Source: Alphaproteobacteria bacterium
GTDB lineage: Bacteria; Pseudomonadota; Alphaproteobacteria; UBA8366; JADFVY01
Reading direction: 5' to 3'
DNA: 64,000 bases
Assembly (NCBI GenBank): GCA_041584475.1
Contig: JBFHDX010000001.1
Location: forward strand, 820 to 64,819
Every line of letters begins with the position of its first letter. The first letter of the stretch is position 1. The position numbers and the translations under genes are program-made. Shown here piece by piece: positions 40,905-51,556 of this stretch. The notes beneath the pieces are model-generated. The model had not been told where the DNA came from. It did no database searches and saw only the letters and a list, made by a program, of their open reading frames with translations.

Positions 40905-41315
40905 ATGGACGCATCGAGCCATGGCGAACTCTACTCGGTCGGCGAGCTTGCGGACGATCTCGGCATCACGCCGCGGACGCTGCGGTTCTATGAGGACAAG
41001 GGCCTCGTCGAACCGCGCCGCATCGGCCTCACCCGCGTCTACACGCACCGTGACCGCGGCCGTCTGATCCTGATCCTGCGAGGCAAGCGCCTCGGCTTCT
41101 CGCTCCGCGAAATTCGCGACTGGCTGGATCTCTATGACGCCGATCCCGGGCAGGTGGCGCAGATGCGCGTCCTGCTCGCCAGGGCCGGCGACCGGCTCGA
41201 GGCGTTGCAGCAGCAGCGCCGTGACATCGATGCGACGATCGAGGAACTGCAGGACATCATCGCCGCCGCAAAACGGCATCTCTCGCGGCGGGCCCAGTCA
41301 GCTCTGGACTCTTGA
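40905..41315 (+). CDS. MerR-family transcriptional regulator (LiuR-like, heads a beta-oxidation operon)
   Basis: The HTH is YSVGELADDLGITPRTLRFYEDKGLV. The start was moved to M8 of ORF 40884..41315 because the operator/promoter-like sequence overlaps the first ATG. Confidence 0.8.
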   Translation: MDASSHGELYSVGELADDLGITPRTLRFYEDKGLVEPRRIGLTRVYTHRDRGRLILILRGKRLGFSLREIRDWLDLYDADPGQVAQMRVLLARAGDRLEALQQQRRDIDATIEELQDIIAAAKRHLSRRAQSALDS

Positions 41316-41326
41316 AAGGCGCAAGC

Positions 41327-42466
41327 ATGACCAAGAATGTCGTGATCGCGGGCTTTGCCCGCACTCCCTTCACCTTCGCCAACAAGGGCGAACTCAGGCG
41401 GACGCGGCCCGACGAGTTGGCGGCCATCGCGGTCCGCAGGCTCATCGAGAAGACCGGTGTCGATCCGCAAGACATCGAGGACCTGATTTGCGGCTGCGCC
41501 ATGCCGGAGGCGGAGCAGGGGCTCAATGTCGGGCGGCTGATCGGCTTGCTGGCCGACCTGCCGATCGCGGTCGGCGGCGCGACAATCAACCGGTTCTGCG
41601 GCTCATCGATGAACGCCATCCACATGGCGGCCGGCGCCATCAAGATGGAAGCCGGTGACGTCTTCATCTGCGCCGGCGTCGAATCGATGACCCGGGTGCC
41701 GATCCCCGGCTACAACCCGATGCCGAACCCGGGTCTCGCCGAGCGTCTGCCGGGTGCGTACATGTCGATGGGGGAAACCGCCGAGAATCTGGTTCAGAAA
41801 TATCAGATTACGCGCGACGAACAGGAGGAATTCTCGGTCAAGAGCCACGCCAAGGCGGCAGCCGCCCAGAAGGCCGGCCGGCTCGACGACGAGATCGTTG
41901 CGGTCGAGACCAAGGACGGCAAGGTGGAGCGCGACGGCTGCATCCGCCCCGACACGACGCGCGAGGCGCTGGCCGACCTGAAGCCGGCGTTCAAGGAGGA
42001 CGGCTCGGTCACCGCGGGAACCTCCTCGCCGCTGACCGACGGCGCCGCCGCGGTCCTCGTCTGCAGCGAGGACTATGCATCGAGCAAGGGACTGAACCCG
42101 CTTGCGCGCGTCCGCAGCGCGGCGGTCGCGGGCTGCCAGCCCGACGTCATGGGCATCGGCCCGGTGCTGGCGACGCGCAAGGCGCTGGAACGCGCCGGCC
42201 TGAAACTCGACGAGATCGACGTCATCGAGATGAACGAGGCGTTCGCCTCGCAGGTGCTGGCGTGCGCCCGCGAGCTGCCGTTCGACTTCGAGCGCATGAA
42301 CCTCGACGGCGGCGCCATCGCGCTCGGTCATCCGCTCGGCGCCACCGGCGCCCGCATCACCGGCAAGGCGGCGCAGATCCTGAAGCGCGAGAAGGGCAAA
42401 TACGCGCTCTCGACGCAGTGCATCGGCGGCGGCCAGGGCATCGCGACGATACTCGAAGCGGTCTGA
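41327..42466 (+). CDS. acetyl-CoA C-acyltransferase (3-ketoacyl-CoA thiolase)
   Basis: MTKNVVIAGFARTPF...INRFCGSSMNAI...NLDGGAIALGHPLGATGAR...CIGGGQGIA. Confidence 0.9.
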   Translation: MTKNVVIAGFARTPFTFANKGELRRTRPDELAAIAVRRLIEKTGVDPQDIEDLICGCAMPEAEQGLNVGRLIGLLADLPIAVGGATINRFCGSSMNAIHMAAGAIKMEAGDVFICAGVESMTRVPIPGYNPMPNPGLAERLPGAYMSMGETAENLVQKYQITRDEQEEFSVKSHAKAAAAQKAGRLDDEIVAVETKDGKVERDGCIRPDTTREALADLKPAFKEDGSVTAGTSSPLTDGAAAVLVCSEDYASSKGLNPLARVRSAAVAGCQPDVMGIGPVLATRKALERAGLKLDEIDVIEMNEAFASQVLACARELPFDFERMNLDGGAIALGHPLGATGARITGKAAQILKREKGKYALSTQCIGGGQGIATILEAV

Positions 42467-42473
42467 GGAGGGC

Positions 42474-44810
42474 GTGTCCATGGAAATCAAGCGCGCGGCC
42501 GTCATCGGCGCCGGTGTCATGGGCAGCGGCATCGCCGCCCACATCGCCAACGCCGGAGTCCCGGTCCTCTTGCTCGATATCGTGCCCAAGGGCGCAAAGC
42601 AGGGCGCGCGGAGCGCCATCGCCGAGGGCGCCATCGCGAAACTGCTGAAGGCGGACCCCGCGCCGTTCATGCACAGGCGCAACGCGCGGCTGCTCAGGCC
42701 CGGCAACATCGAGGACGATCTCGATGCGCTCGGCGACTGCGACTGGATCGTCGAGGCGGTGCTCGAGGACCCGAAGATCAAGCGCGACCTCTACGCGAAA
42801 ATCGAGAAGCACCGCAAGAAGGGCTCGGTCGTCTCGTCGAATACCTCGACGCTGCCGCTGGCGGTCCTGACCAAGGGCATGCCGAAGAGCTTCGCGCGCG
42901 ATTTCCTGATCACGCATTTCTTCAATCCGCCGCGCTACATGCGGCTGCTAGAGCTGGTGACCGGGCCGCAGACCGGCGCCGAGGCGATCGCCGCGATCGG
43001 CGACTTCGCCGACCACCGGCTCGGCAAGAGCGTCGTCGCCGCCAAGGACACGCCGGGCTTCATCGCCAACCGGCTCGGCGTGTTCTGGATCGAGTGCGCG
43101 ATCGCGGAGGCGCTCGACGGCGGCCTGACGATCGAGGAGGCCGACGCCGTCATGGGCCGGCCGATGGGCATTCCCAAGACCGGCGTCTTCGGGCTGGTCG
43201 ATCTCGTCGGCCTCGACCTCAGCCGCTATGTCTCGCGCGAGATGGCGGCGGCGCTGCCGAAACAGGATGCGTACCATGCGGTCAAGCGGGAGCTGCCGCT
43301 GTTCGACAAGCTGATCGCCGACGGCTACACCGGCCGCAAGGGGAAGGGCGGCTTCTACCGCCTCAACGTTGCCGACGGCGAGCGGGTCAAGGAGGCGATC
43401 GACCTGAACAGCGGCGAATACGCGCCGGCGCAGCGGCCGCGACCCGACAGCGTCGCCGCCGCCGGCAAGAATCTGCAGGCGCTGATGGCCTATCCGGACA
43501 AGACGGGCGGCTACGCCTGGCGCGTGTTCTCGCAGCTGCTGGTCTATGCCGCATCGCTGATTCCCGAGATCGCCGACGACATCGCCGCGGCGGACGAGGC
43601 GATGCGCCTCGGTTACGCCTGGAAGGAGGGCCCGTTCCAGATCGCCGACCGCGTCGGCGTCGCGTGGATCGCGAGCCGGCTCGAGGCGGAGGGGCGCGAG
43701 GTGCCGGCGCTGCTGCGCGAGGCGGCGGAGGCCGGGGGCTTCTACCGCGTCGAGCAGGGCCGCCTGCAGCATCTCGCGGTGGACGGCGCCTATGTCGACG
43801 TTACCCGGCGCGAGGGCGTGCTGCTGCTCGAGGATATCAAGCGCGCCTCCGAGCCGCTCGCGCGCAACGGCTCGGCCAGCCTGTGGGACCTTGGCGACGG
43901 CATAGTTTGCCTCGAATTCCACAGCAAGATGAATGCGCTCGACCAGGATTCGCTGAAGCTGGTCGAAGACGCGGTCAAGCTCGTGCCCAAGGCGCACAAG
44001 GGCCTCGTGATCTACAACGAGGGCTCGAACTTCTCGGTCGGCGCCAATGTCGGCATGGCACTGTTCGCCGCCAACGTGGCGCTGTGGCCGATGATCGAGG
44101 AGCTCGTGGCCACGGGCCAGCGCATCTACAAGGCCCTCAAATACGCGCCGTTCCCGGTCGTCGGTGCGCCGTCGGGCATGGCGCTCGGCGGCGGCTGCGA
44201 GATCCTGCTGCATTGCGACGCGATCCAGGCCCATGCCGAGAGCTATATCGGGCTCGTCGAGGTCGGTGTCGGGGTGATTCCGGGCTGGGGCGGCTGCAAG
44301 GAGCTGTTGACCCGCTGGGCGACCGCGCCGAAGGCGCCGCGCGGTCCGATGCCGCCGGTGGCGAAGGCGTTCCAGAGCATCGGCACGGCGCAGGTCGCCA
44401 AATCCGCGGTCGAGGCGCAGGAGCTCATGTTCCTGCGCGCCGGCGACGCCATCACGATGAACCGCGACCGCCTGCTCGCCGACGCCAAGGCGCGGGTGCT
44501 GCAGCTGGCCGACGGCTACAGCCCGCCCGAGGAGATCATGCTGCGGCTGCCGGGCGCGACCGGACGGGCGGCGATCGAGATGGCGGTGCGGGACTTCGAG
44601 CTCAAGGGTCTGGTGACGCCGCACGACCGCGTCGTCGTGCAGGAGTTGAAACAGGTCCTGACCGGCGGCGATACCGACATCGTCGACGAGGTCGGCGAGG
44701 ACGCGCTGCTGGCGCTCGAACGCGCCGCGTTCACGAGGTTGATCCGGCATCCCGGGACGCTGGCCCGCATCGAGCACATGCTCGATACCGGCAAACCGCT
44801 GCGAAACTAG
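42474..44810 (+). CDS. 3-hydroxyacyl-CoA dehydrogenase / enoyl-CoA hydratase fusion protein (dehydrogenase N-terminal)
   Basis: The NAD motif is AAVIGAGVMGSGIAAHIA. The 3HCDH C-domain and the C-terminal crotonase part (GMALGGGCEILLHCD) are present. The start is GTG 42474 or ATG 42480. Confidence 0.9.
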   Translation: MSMEIKRAAVIGAGVMGSGIAAHIANAGVPVLLLDIVPKGAKQGARSAIAEGAIAKLLKADPAPFMHRRNARLLRPGNIEDDLDALGDCDWIVEAVLEDPKIKRDLYAKIEKHRKKGSVVSSNTSTLPLAVLTKGMPKSFARDFLITHFFNPPRYMRLLELVTGPQTGAEAIAAIGDFADHRLGKSVVAAKDTPGFIANRLGVFWIECAIAEALDGGLTIEEADAVMGRPMGIPKTGVFGLVDLVGLDLSRYVSREMAAALPKQDAYHAVKRELPLFDKLIADGYTGRKGKGGFYRLNVADGERVKEAIDLNSGEYAPAQRPRPDSVAAAGKNLQALMAYPDKTGGYAWRVFSQLLVYAASLIPEIADDIAAADEAMRLGYAWKEGPFQIADRVGVAWIASRLEAEGREVPALLREAAEAGGFYRVEQGRLQHLAVDGAYVDVTRREGVLLLEDIKRASEPLARNGSASLWDLGDGIVCLEFHSKMNALDQDSLKLVEDAVKLVPKAHKGLVIYNEGSNFSVGANVGMALFAANVALWPMIEELVATGQRIYKALKYAPFPVVGAPSGMALGGGCEILLHCDAIQAHAESYIGLVEVGVGVIPGWGGCKELLTRWATAPKAPRGPMPPVAKAFQSIGTAQVAKSAVEAQELMFLRAGDAITMNRDRLLADAKARVLQLADGYSPPEEIMLRLPGATGRAAIEMAVRDFELKGLVTPHDRVVVQELKQVLTGGDTDIVDEVGEDALLALERAAFTRLIRHPGTLARIEHMLDTGKPLRN

Positions 44811-44827
44811 GCCGAGGACCATAAGCC

Positions 44828-46612
<1,785 letters not shown>

Positions 46613-46647
46613 GATAGGGGCCAAGGCAACCCGTTGGGAGGACGACC

Positions 46648-47331
46648 ATGCGGGGTCGAGGGGCGGGGCGTGCCGGACGTGCCGGGGTACCGGCGCTGGT
46701 GCTGGCGCTGGCCCTCGCTCCGGGGACGCAGACGATGGCGGCCTACCAGCCGCCGGCAGGGACGGTCGAATACACCATCCATCACTCGAAATACGACGTG
46801 ATCGGGACGCACGGCGTCTCGTTCTCGCGCGGCGCCGACGAGCTGACGGTCAACGTCGTCATCCAGATCAAGGTGAAGCTGCTGTTCATCACCGCCCACT
46901 CGCTCGAATCCGAGCGGCGCGAGGTGTGGCGGGGCGGACGGCTCGTCGCCTACCGTGCGCGCACCGACGAGAACAGCAAGCTGTTCAACGTCTCGGCGCG
47001 CATGGAGGGCGACAGCCTGGTCATTTCCGGCAGCAACGGCACGACGCGCACGCAGCAGCCGGTATTTCCGACGCATCCGTGGAATCCCGAAATCGTCAAT
47101 CAGCGCTTGCTGATGGACACGAAAACGGGGGAATTGCTCGAGGTTTCCACCAAAGCCGCGGGCGAGGACACGGTCGAGGTCGCGGGCGTCCCGGTCCGCA
47201 CCCGTCGCTACGTGATGTCGGGTGGCCTCGACCGGGAGTTGTGGTTCGACGAATCGGGCAACTGGATCCAAATGAAGTTCAAGAACGACGGCGCGACGCT
47301 GACCTTCACGCGCTCGACGCCACTGCGTTGA
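46648..47331 (+). CDS. exported hypothetical protein (beta-rich; possibly DUF3108/DUF6134-like, not verified)
   Basis: The signal peptide is VPALVLALALAPGTQTMA. No motif is recognised with confidence. It starts 35 nt downstream of the ACAD gene on the same strand. Confidence 0.5.
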   Translation: MRGRGAGRAGRAGVPALVLALALAPGTQTMAAYQPPAGTVEYTIHHSKYDVIGTHGVSFSRGADELTVNVVIQIKVKLLFITAHSLESERREVWRGGRLVAYRARTDENSKLFNVSARMEGDSLVISGSNGTTRTQQPVFPTHPWNPEIVNQRLLMDTKTGELLEVSTKAAGEDTVEVAGVPVRTRRYVMSGGLDRELWFDESGNWIQMKFKNDGATLTFTRSTPLR

Positions 47332-47404
47332 GGGATTGCACGATCCGATGCGGCGGCGGCCGGGCGCCCGCCGTTCTTTCCGGCCGGGCGAGCGCGGGCG
47401 CCGA

Positions 47405-47758
47405 TCAAGGCTGGATCACGTTCTGGATGACCGTCAGCAGACGTTCGGTGCGGAACGGCTTGCGCAGCACGGCCACGGCCCCGAGGCTCTTCATCGTCTC
47501 GAGATAGGCCGGATTGCCCGACATGGCGATGACCGGCAGGTCAGGGTAGTGCAGCTTCATCGTCCGCAGCGTCTCGACCCCTTCGCCGGAGCGCATGATG
47601 ACGTCGGTGACCACGATGTCGATCTCCGTCGACTTGAGGATGCCGAGCCCGGCGACACCGCCCGCGGCCGATACGACCGTGTACCCCGCCTTCTCGAGCT
47701 GATGGGCAAGGATGGCGAGAAGTTCGCTATCGTCCTCAATCAGGAGAATTCGTTTCAA
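47405..47758 (-). CDS. single-domain response regulator (CheY-like receiver only)
   Basis: KRILLIEDD...IDIVVTDVIM...VIAMSG...LRKPF covers the acidic pocket, phospho-acceptor Asp, and conserved Ser/Thr and Lys. There is no in-frame ATG; the only start candidate is TTG at 47758. Confidence 0.8.
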   Translation of the reverse strand: MKRILLIEDDSELLAILAHQLEKAGYTVVSAAGGVAGLGILKSTEIDIVVTDVIMRSGEGVETLRTMKLHYPDLPVIAMSGNPAYLETMKSLGAVAVLRKPFRTERLLTVIQNVIQP

Positions 47759-48032
47759 GACCAGTTCCCCGGACCGGTATCGAGGCCGGTTCCGAAATCA
47801 TGCACGCGCCCCCGACGACGTGCGCCGCGGCCACCGTCCGCCCCGCGAAGCGACCGAACCGCCCGCCCCGACCGCGACAGCGGGCCGCGACAACCGTGAT
47901 CAGCCACCGTCATCCCGTAAGCTCATAGTCCAACTATTTAAGGTTGTAAATCCTGTTGCCGAACACGATCACCGATTTGTGCTCGGATAGCGGCCGCGGG
48001 GCGGCCGGCGACGGGCCCGGCCCGACCCGGGT

Positions 48033-48335
48033 TCAATCCTCCATCATCGAGGCGAGCTTCAGGGCCACGCCGAGCGAACCGTCCACCTTCAGCTTGCCGA
48101 GCGTGTAGGCGAGCGTCGGGTTGAGATCGCCGCCGATCAGCTTGCGCGCGTTGTCCAGCGACAGACGCAGCGTACAGTCGGCGTCCCCGTCGTCCTCGCT
48201 CAGCGCGGGCGGCGTCACCGTGCCGTCGAGCAGCAGCACCCCGCCCTCGTCGAAGGCGAATTTCACCCGGTAGTTCAGGCCGGCAAAGCGCATGAGGTCG
48301 CGGCGCATTTCCTCGGCAATCGTCTCGACGGTCAT
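48033..48335 (-). CDS. SCP2 sterol-carrier-like domain protein
   Basis: The internal Met is MTVETIAEEM...YRVKFAFDEGGVLLLDG...LAYTLGKLKVDGSLGVALKLASMM. It lies 43 nt downstream of fadD. Confidence 0.75.
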   Translation of the reverse strand: MTVETIAEEMRRDLMRFAGLNYRVKFAFDEGGVLLLDGTVTPPALSEDDGDADCTLRLSLDNARKLIGGDLNPTLAYTLGKLKVDGSLGVALKLASMMED

Positions 48336-48378
48336 GGGACGGGCTCCTCGGTCGGGCGGGGTTCGCGGGTGAGTCGGG

Positions 48379-50208
48379 TCACGAGCCGGCGGTCTCGCGC
48401 TCGGCCTCGGCATCGTCGCCGCCGACCGCCAGACCCTCGTTCTGCCGGCGGACCTCCTCGGCGACCAGGTCGCGTCGCGAGTGCTTGCCGATGAAGGTCT
48501 TGGGCAGCTCGTCCCGGAACTCGATGCGCCTCGGCTGCTCGTACGGTGCCAGCTTGTCCTTCAGGAAGCGCTTGAGCTCACCGGCGTTGAGCGACTCGCC
48601 GGCGCGCAGCTTGACGTAGGCCTTGACGATTTCGCCGCGGTTCTTGTCGGGCACGCCGCAGACCACGGCCTCCTCGACGGCGTCGTGCAGGTAGATCGCC
48701 TCCTCGACCATGCGCGGATAGACGTTGAAACCGGCATTGAGGATCAGATCCTTGATGCGGTCGATCAGAAAGACGTAGCCCTGGTCGTCCATGTAGCCGA
48801 CGTCGCCAGTGTGCAGGCGTCCGCCGCGAAACGCCGCGTCGGTCTCTTCCGGCTGGTTCCAGTAGCCGGCCATCACCTGCGGGCCGCGCACGCAGATCTC
48901 ACCGCGCTTGCCCGGCTGCAGCAGCAGGTCCGGGTCGTCGAGCGAGGTGATCTCGATCACCGTGCCGGGCACCGGCAGCCCTATCGAGCCGGCCTTGTTG
49001 ACCCCGACGAACGGGTTGATCGTGCACACCGGAGACGCCTCGGAGAGGCCATAGCCCTCGACGAGAACACAGCCGGTCAGCTTCTCGAACATGTGCTTCA
49101 CTTCGACCGGCAGCGGGGCGCCGCCGGAGATGCAGTCCTTGAGGCTCGAGAGATCGAATTTGCCGAGCTCGGGAAAGGCATTGATGCTGGCGTAGATCGT
49201 CGGTACGCCGAGAAACGCCGTCGGCTTCTGCCGGTCGATGATCTGCAGCACTTCGGCGAGCTTGAACCGCGGCACGAGGATGATTTCGGCGCCCAGAAAG
49301 AGGCCGACATTCATGACACCGGTCATGCCGAAGACATGGAACAGCGGCAACACGCCGAGGAACCGCTCTTCGCCGGGCTGCGCGTTGACCGCCCACATGC
49401 GCGTCTGGATGGTATTGGCGTAGACATTGCCGTGCGTCAGCATCGCGCCCTTCGGCAGCCCCGTCGTGCCGCCGGTGTACTGCAGCACGGCGATGTCCGA
49501 TGCGGGCTCGATCGGCACCGCGTCGAATACGCCGTCATTGGCGATCAGCTTGTCGAAGCGGACGTGCCGGGCGTCGTTGGGCACGGCGGCGATCTCCTTG
49601 CGCTTGAACAGGCTGAAGAACGTTGCGGTGACGAGCGGCAGGACCCCGGCCATCGGGCAGACGATGACGGTCTCCAGGTCGGTCTTGTCGAACAGGCCGG
49701 CGAGCTTAGGATAGGTCGCGACGAGCTGCAGCGTCACCATGATCCGGGTGCCGGAGTCCTTGACCTGACGCTCGATCTCGCGCTCGGCGTAGAGCGGATT
49801 GAAGTTGACCACGGTGCCGCCGGCCTTGAGCACCGCGTAGTAGCAGATCACGTAGTAGGGCGAGTTCGGCAGGAACAGGCCGACCCTGACGCCCTTGCGC
49901 ACGCCCATCGCCTGCAGGCCCTTCGCGGCCCGGTCGACCAGCCGGCCGACCTCGGCATAGGTGTAGCGCTTGCCCATGAAGCGCAGGCACGGCCGGTTGG
50001 GCCAGGTTCGCACGGCGCGGTTGAGGATCTCGGGCACCGGCGCGACCTCGATCTCGGCATGCCAGTCGATGCCGTCCGGATAATACGCCTCCCACGGATA
50101 GGGCGCCGGCTCCGGCGCGATCTCCTCGGGCGGCGGGACGGCGGGGCGGAAGCGGCTCCGCAGCGTTTCCGCGAGACCCTTCAGCCGTGTGACGAGCGCT
50201 GACGCCAT
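48379..50208 (-). CDS. fadD: long-chain-fatty-acid--CoA ligase
   Basis: The AMP-binding motifs are LQYTGGTTGLPKGAMLTHGN, GYGLSE and TGDVGYMDDQGYVFLIDRIKDLI. Confidence 0.9.
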   Translation of the reverse strand: MASALVTRLKGLAETLRSRFRPAVPPPEEIAPEPAPYPWEAYYPDGIDWHAEIEVAPVPEILNRAVRTWPNRPCLRFMGKRYTYAEVGRLVDRAAKGLQAMGVRKGVRVGLFLPNSPYYVICYYAVLKAGGTVVNFNPLYAEREIERQVKDSGTRIMVTLQLVATYPKLAGLFDKTDLETVIVCPMAGVLPLVTATFFSLFKRKEIAAVPNDARHVRFDKLIANDGVFDAVPIEPASDIAVLQYTGGTTGLPKGAMLTHGNVYANTIQTRMWAVNAQPGEERFLGVLPLFHVFGMTGVMNVGLFLGAEIILVPRFKLAEVLQIIDRQKPTAFLGVPTIYASINAFPELGKFDLSSLKDCISGGAPLPVEVKHMFEKLTGCVLVEGYGLSEASPVCTINPFVGVNKAGSIGLPVPGTVIEITSLDDPDLLLQPGKRGEICVRGPQVMAGYWNQPEETDAAFRGGRLHTGDVGYMDDQGYVFLIDRIKDLILNAGFNVYPRMVEEAIYLHDAVEEAVVCGVPDKNRGEIVKAYVKLRAGESLNAGELKRFLKDKLAPYEQPRRIEFRDELPKTFIGKHSRRDLVAEEVRRQNEGLAVGGDDAEAERETAGS

Positions 50209-50325
50209 TGCTATCCCGTTGCCGTTTCAACCCGTGGTCGCGGTGCGTGCGGGCGCCGCGAATCGGCGTGAATATACCAGCCCGGATGTCCTTGCAGCAG
50301 TGTTTGCACCACGATCCCCGGTCAA

Positions 50326-51249
50326 CTATGCGTGCAGCTCGCCGAACACGGCGATCGCATCCTCGATCTCCGGCATTGCCCGTGCCACCGCGGATTCGCC
50401 CAGCTCTATCAGCTCGTCCGCCATATGGAAGTCGAGCAGCCCGATATGGCCGATGCGGGGATTGATGCTGACGTCGGGGGGCTCGCCCGCGAGACGGCTG
50501 CGCGAGATGCGGTCCTGCACGATGTTGAGCGTTGCCGCCATCGCCGTGAACATGCTTGGTTCGCCGCGCCGGTGCGCCAGCATCGCCTTGAGCATGGCGC
50601 CGGTCTGCGTCGACGCCACCGCCTTGACGTCGGTCGATCCCTCGGCCAGGCGGCTCGGCTCGGCGATATTGGCGGCAGCACGCTCGTGGCCCTTGCCCAT
50701 GATATCGGCGTTCAGGTTGACGGCGATCACCATCTGCGCACCGAGCGCCCGGCACACCGACACCGGGACCGGATTGACGAGGGCGCCGTCGATCAGCCAG
50801 TGGCCGTTCATGCGCAGCGGCTTGAATATGCCGGGAAGCGAGAGCGAGGCCCGCATCGCGTCGACGAGGCGACCGTCGCGCAGCCATACCTCGTGGCCGG
50901 TCCAGAGGTCGGTGGCGACGGCGACGAACGGCGCGCGCAGCTGCGCGATGTCGGTGTCGCCGAGATACGCCTCGGCCTCGCTGAAGAGGCGGTCCCCCGA
51001 GATCATGCCTCCGCCCAGCGGCAGGCTCAGGTAACGCAGCATGCGCAAGGTCGAGAGGCTGCGAACCCACTTCTCGAGCGGCTCGACATGGCCGGCGAGG
51101 TAGAAGCCGCCGACCAGCGCGCCGATCGACGACCCGGCGACGACGTCGGGCACGATACCGAGCCGGTCGATCGCCTTGAGAACGCCCAGATGGGCCCATC
51201 CGCGCGCAACGCCGCTTCCCAGCGCAAGACCAATGCGTATTCTCGACAT
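50326..51249 (-). CDS. patatin-like phospholipase (RssA-like)
   Basis: IGLALGSGVARGWAHLGV...GSSIGALVG (GxSxG)...DGALVNPVP (the DGA/G catalytic Asp). The start is placed at MSRIRIG. Confidence 0.85.
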   Translation of the reverse strand: MSRIRIGLALGSGVARGWAHLGVLKAIDRLGIVPDVVAGSSIGALVGGFYLAGHVEPLEKWVRSLSTLRMLRYLSLPLGGGMISGDRLFSEAEAYLGDTDIAQLRAPFVAVATDLWTGHEVWLRDGRLVDAMRASLSLPGIFKPLRMNGHWLIDGALVNPVPVSVCRALGAQMVIAVNLNADIMGKGHERAAANIAEPSRLAEGSTDVKAVASTQTGAMLKAMLAHRRGEPSMFTAMAATLNIVQDRISRSRLAGEPPDVSINPRIGHIGLLDFHMADELIELGESAVARAMPEIEDAIAVFGELHA

Positions 51250-51480
51250 TACGCTTCCAGTGAAAGCCGAGACCAACGAGCCGCCGTACGGCCCCCGGGG
51301 CCCCGCAAACTTCCGTCACATAGTAATTCCTCGAGCCCGACACAATGATCGGGCGAATTCGTAAAGATCACGTTTAGGTAAGACTGCCCGCACGCGGCCG
51401 GGACCGGCGCCGCGCTCGCGTCGCCAAGGCGGGCAAGGGCGCGGCGGACGAGGACAGTAATCGCGAAGACTGAACGATTC

Positions 51481-51496
51481 TGGTCTGTAACTTGCT
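51481..51496 (+). promoter_or_regulatory. sigma54-like -24/-12 element upstream of the 974-aa usher-like gene (weak match)
   Basis: TGGTCT-GTAAC-TTGCT has correct GG..N10..GC spacing against TGGCAC-N5-TTGCW, with three mismatches in the -24 hexamer. It lies 60 nt before ATG 51557. Confidence 0.3.
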
Positions 51497-51556
51497 TAAC
51501 TAAAGCAGGAGAAAATACGTCCCAAGAATTTTGCTTAATATTTTGTAAAACCATTC

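Noticed and set aside
50326-51249. Patatin-like phospholipase considered as a CBASS/defence effector.
   Set aside because: There is no cyclase, E1/E2 or other defence partner nearby. It sits in an operon-like arrangement with fadD and an SCP2 gene and resembles housekeeping RssA-type patatins.
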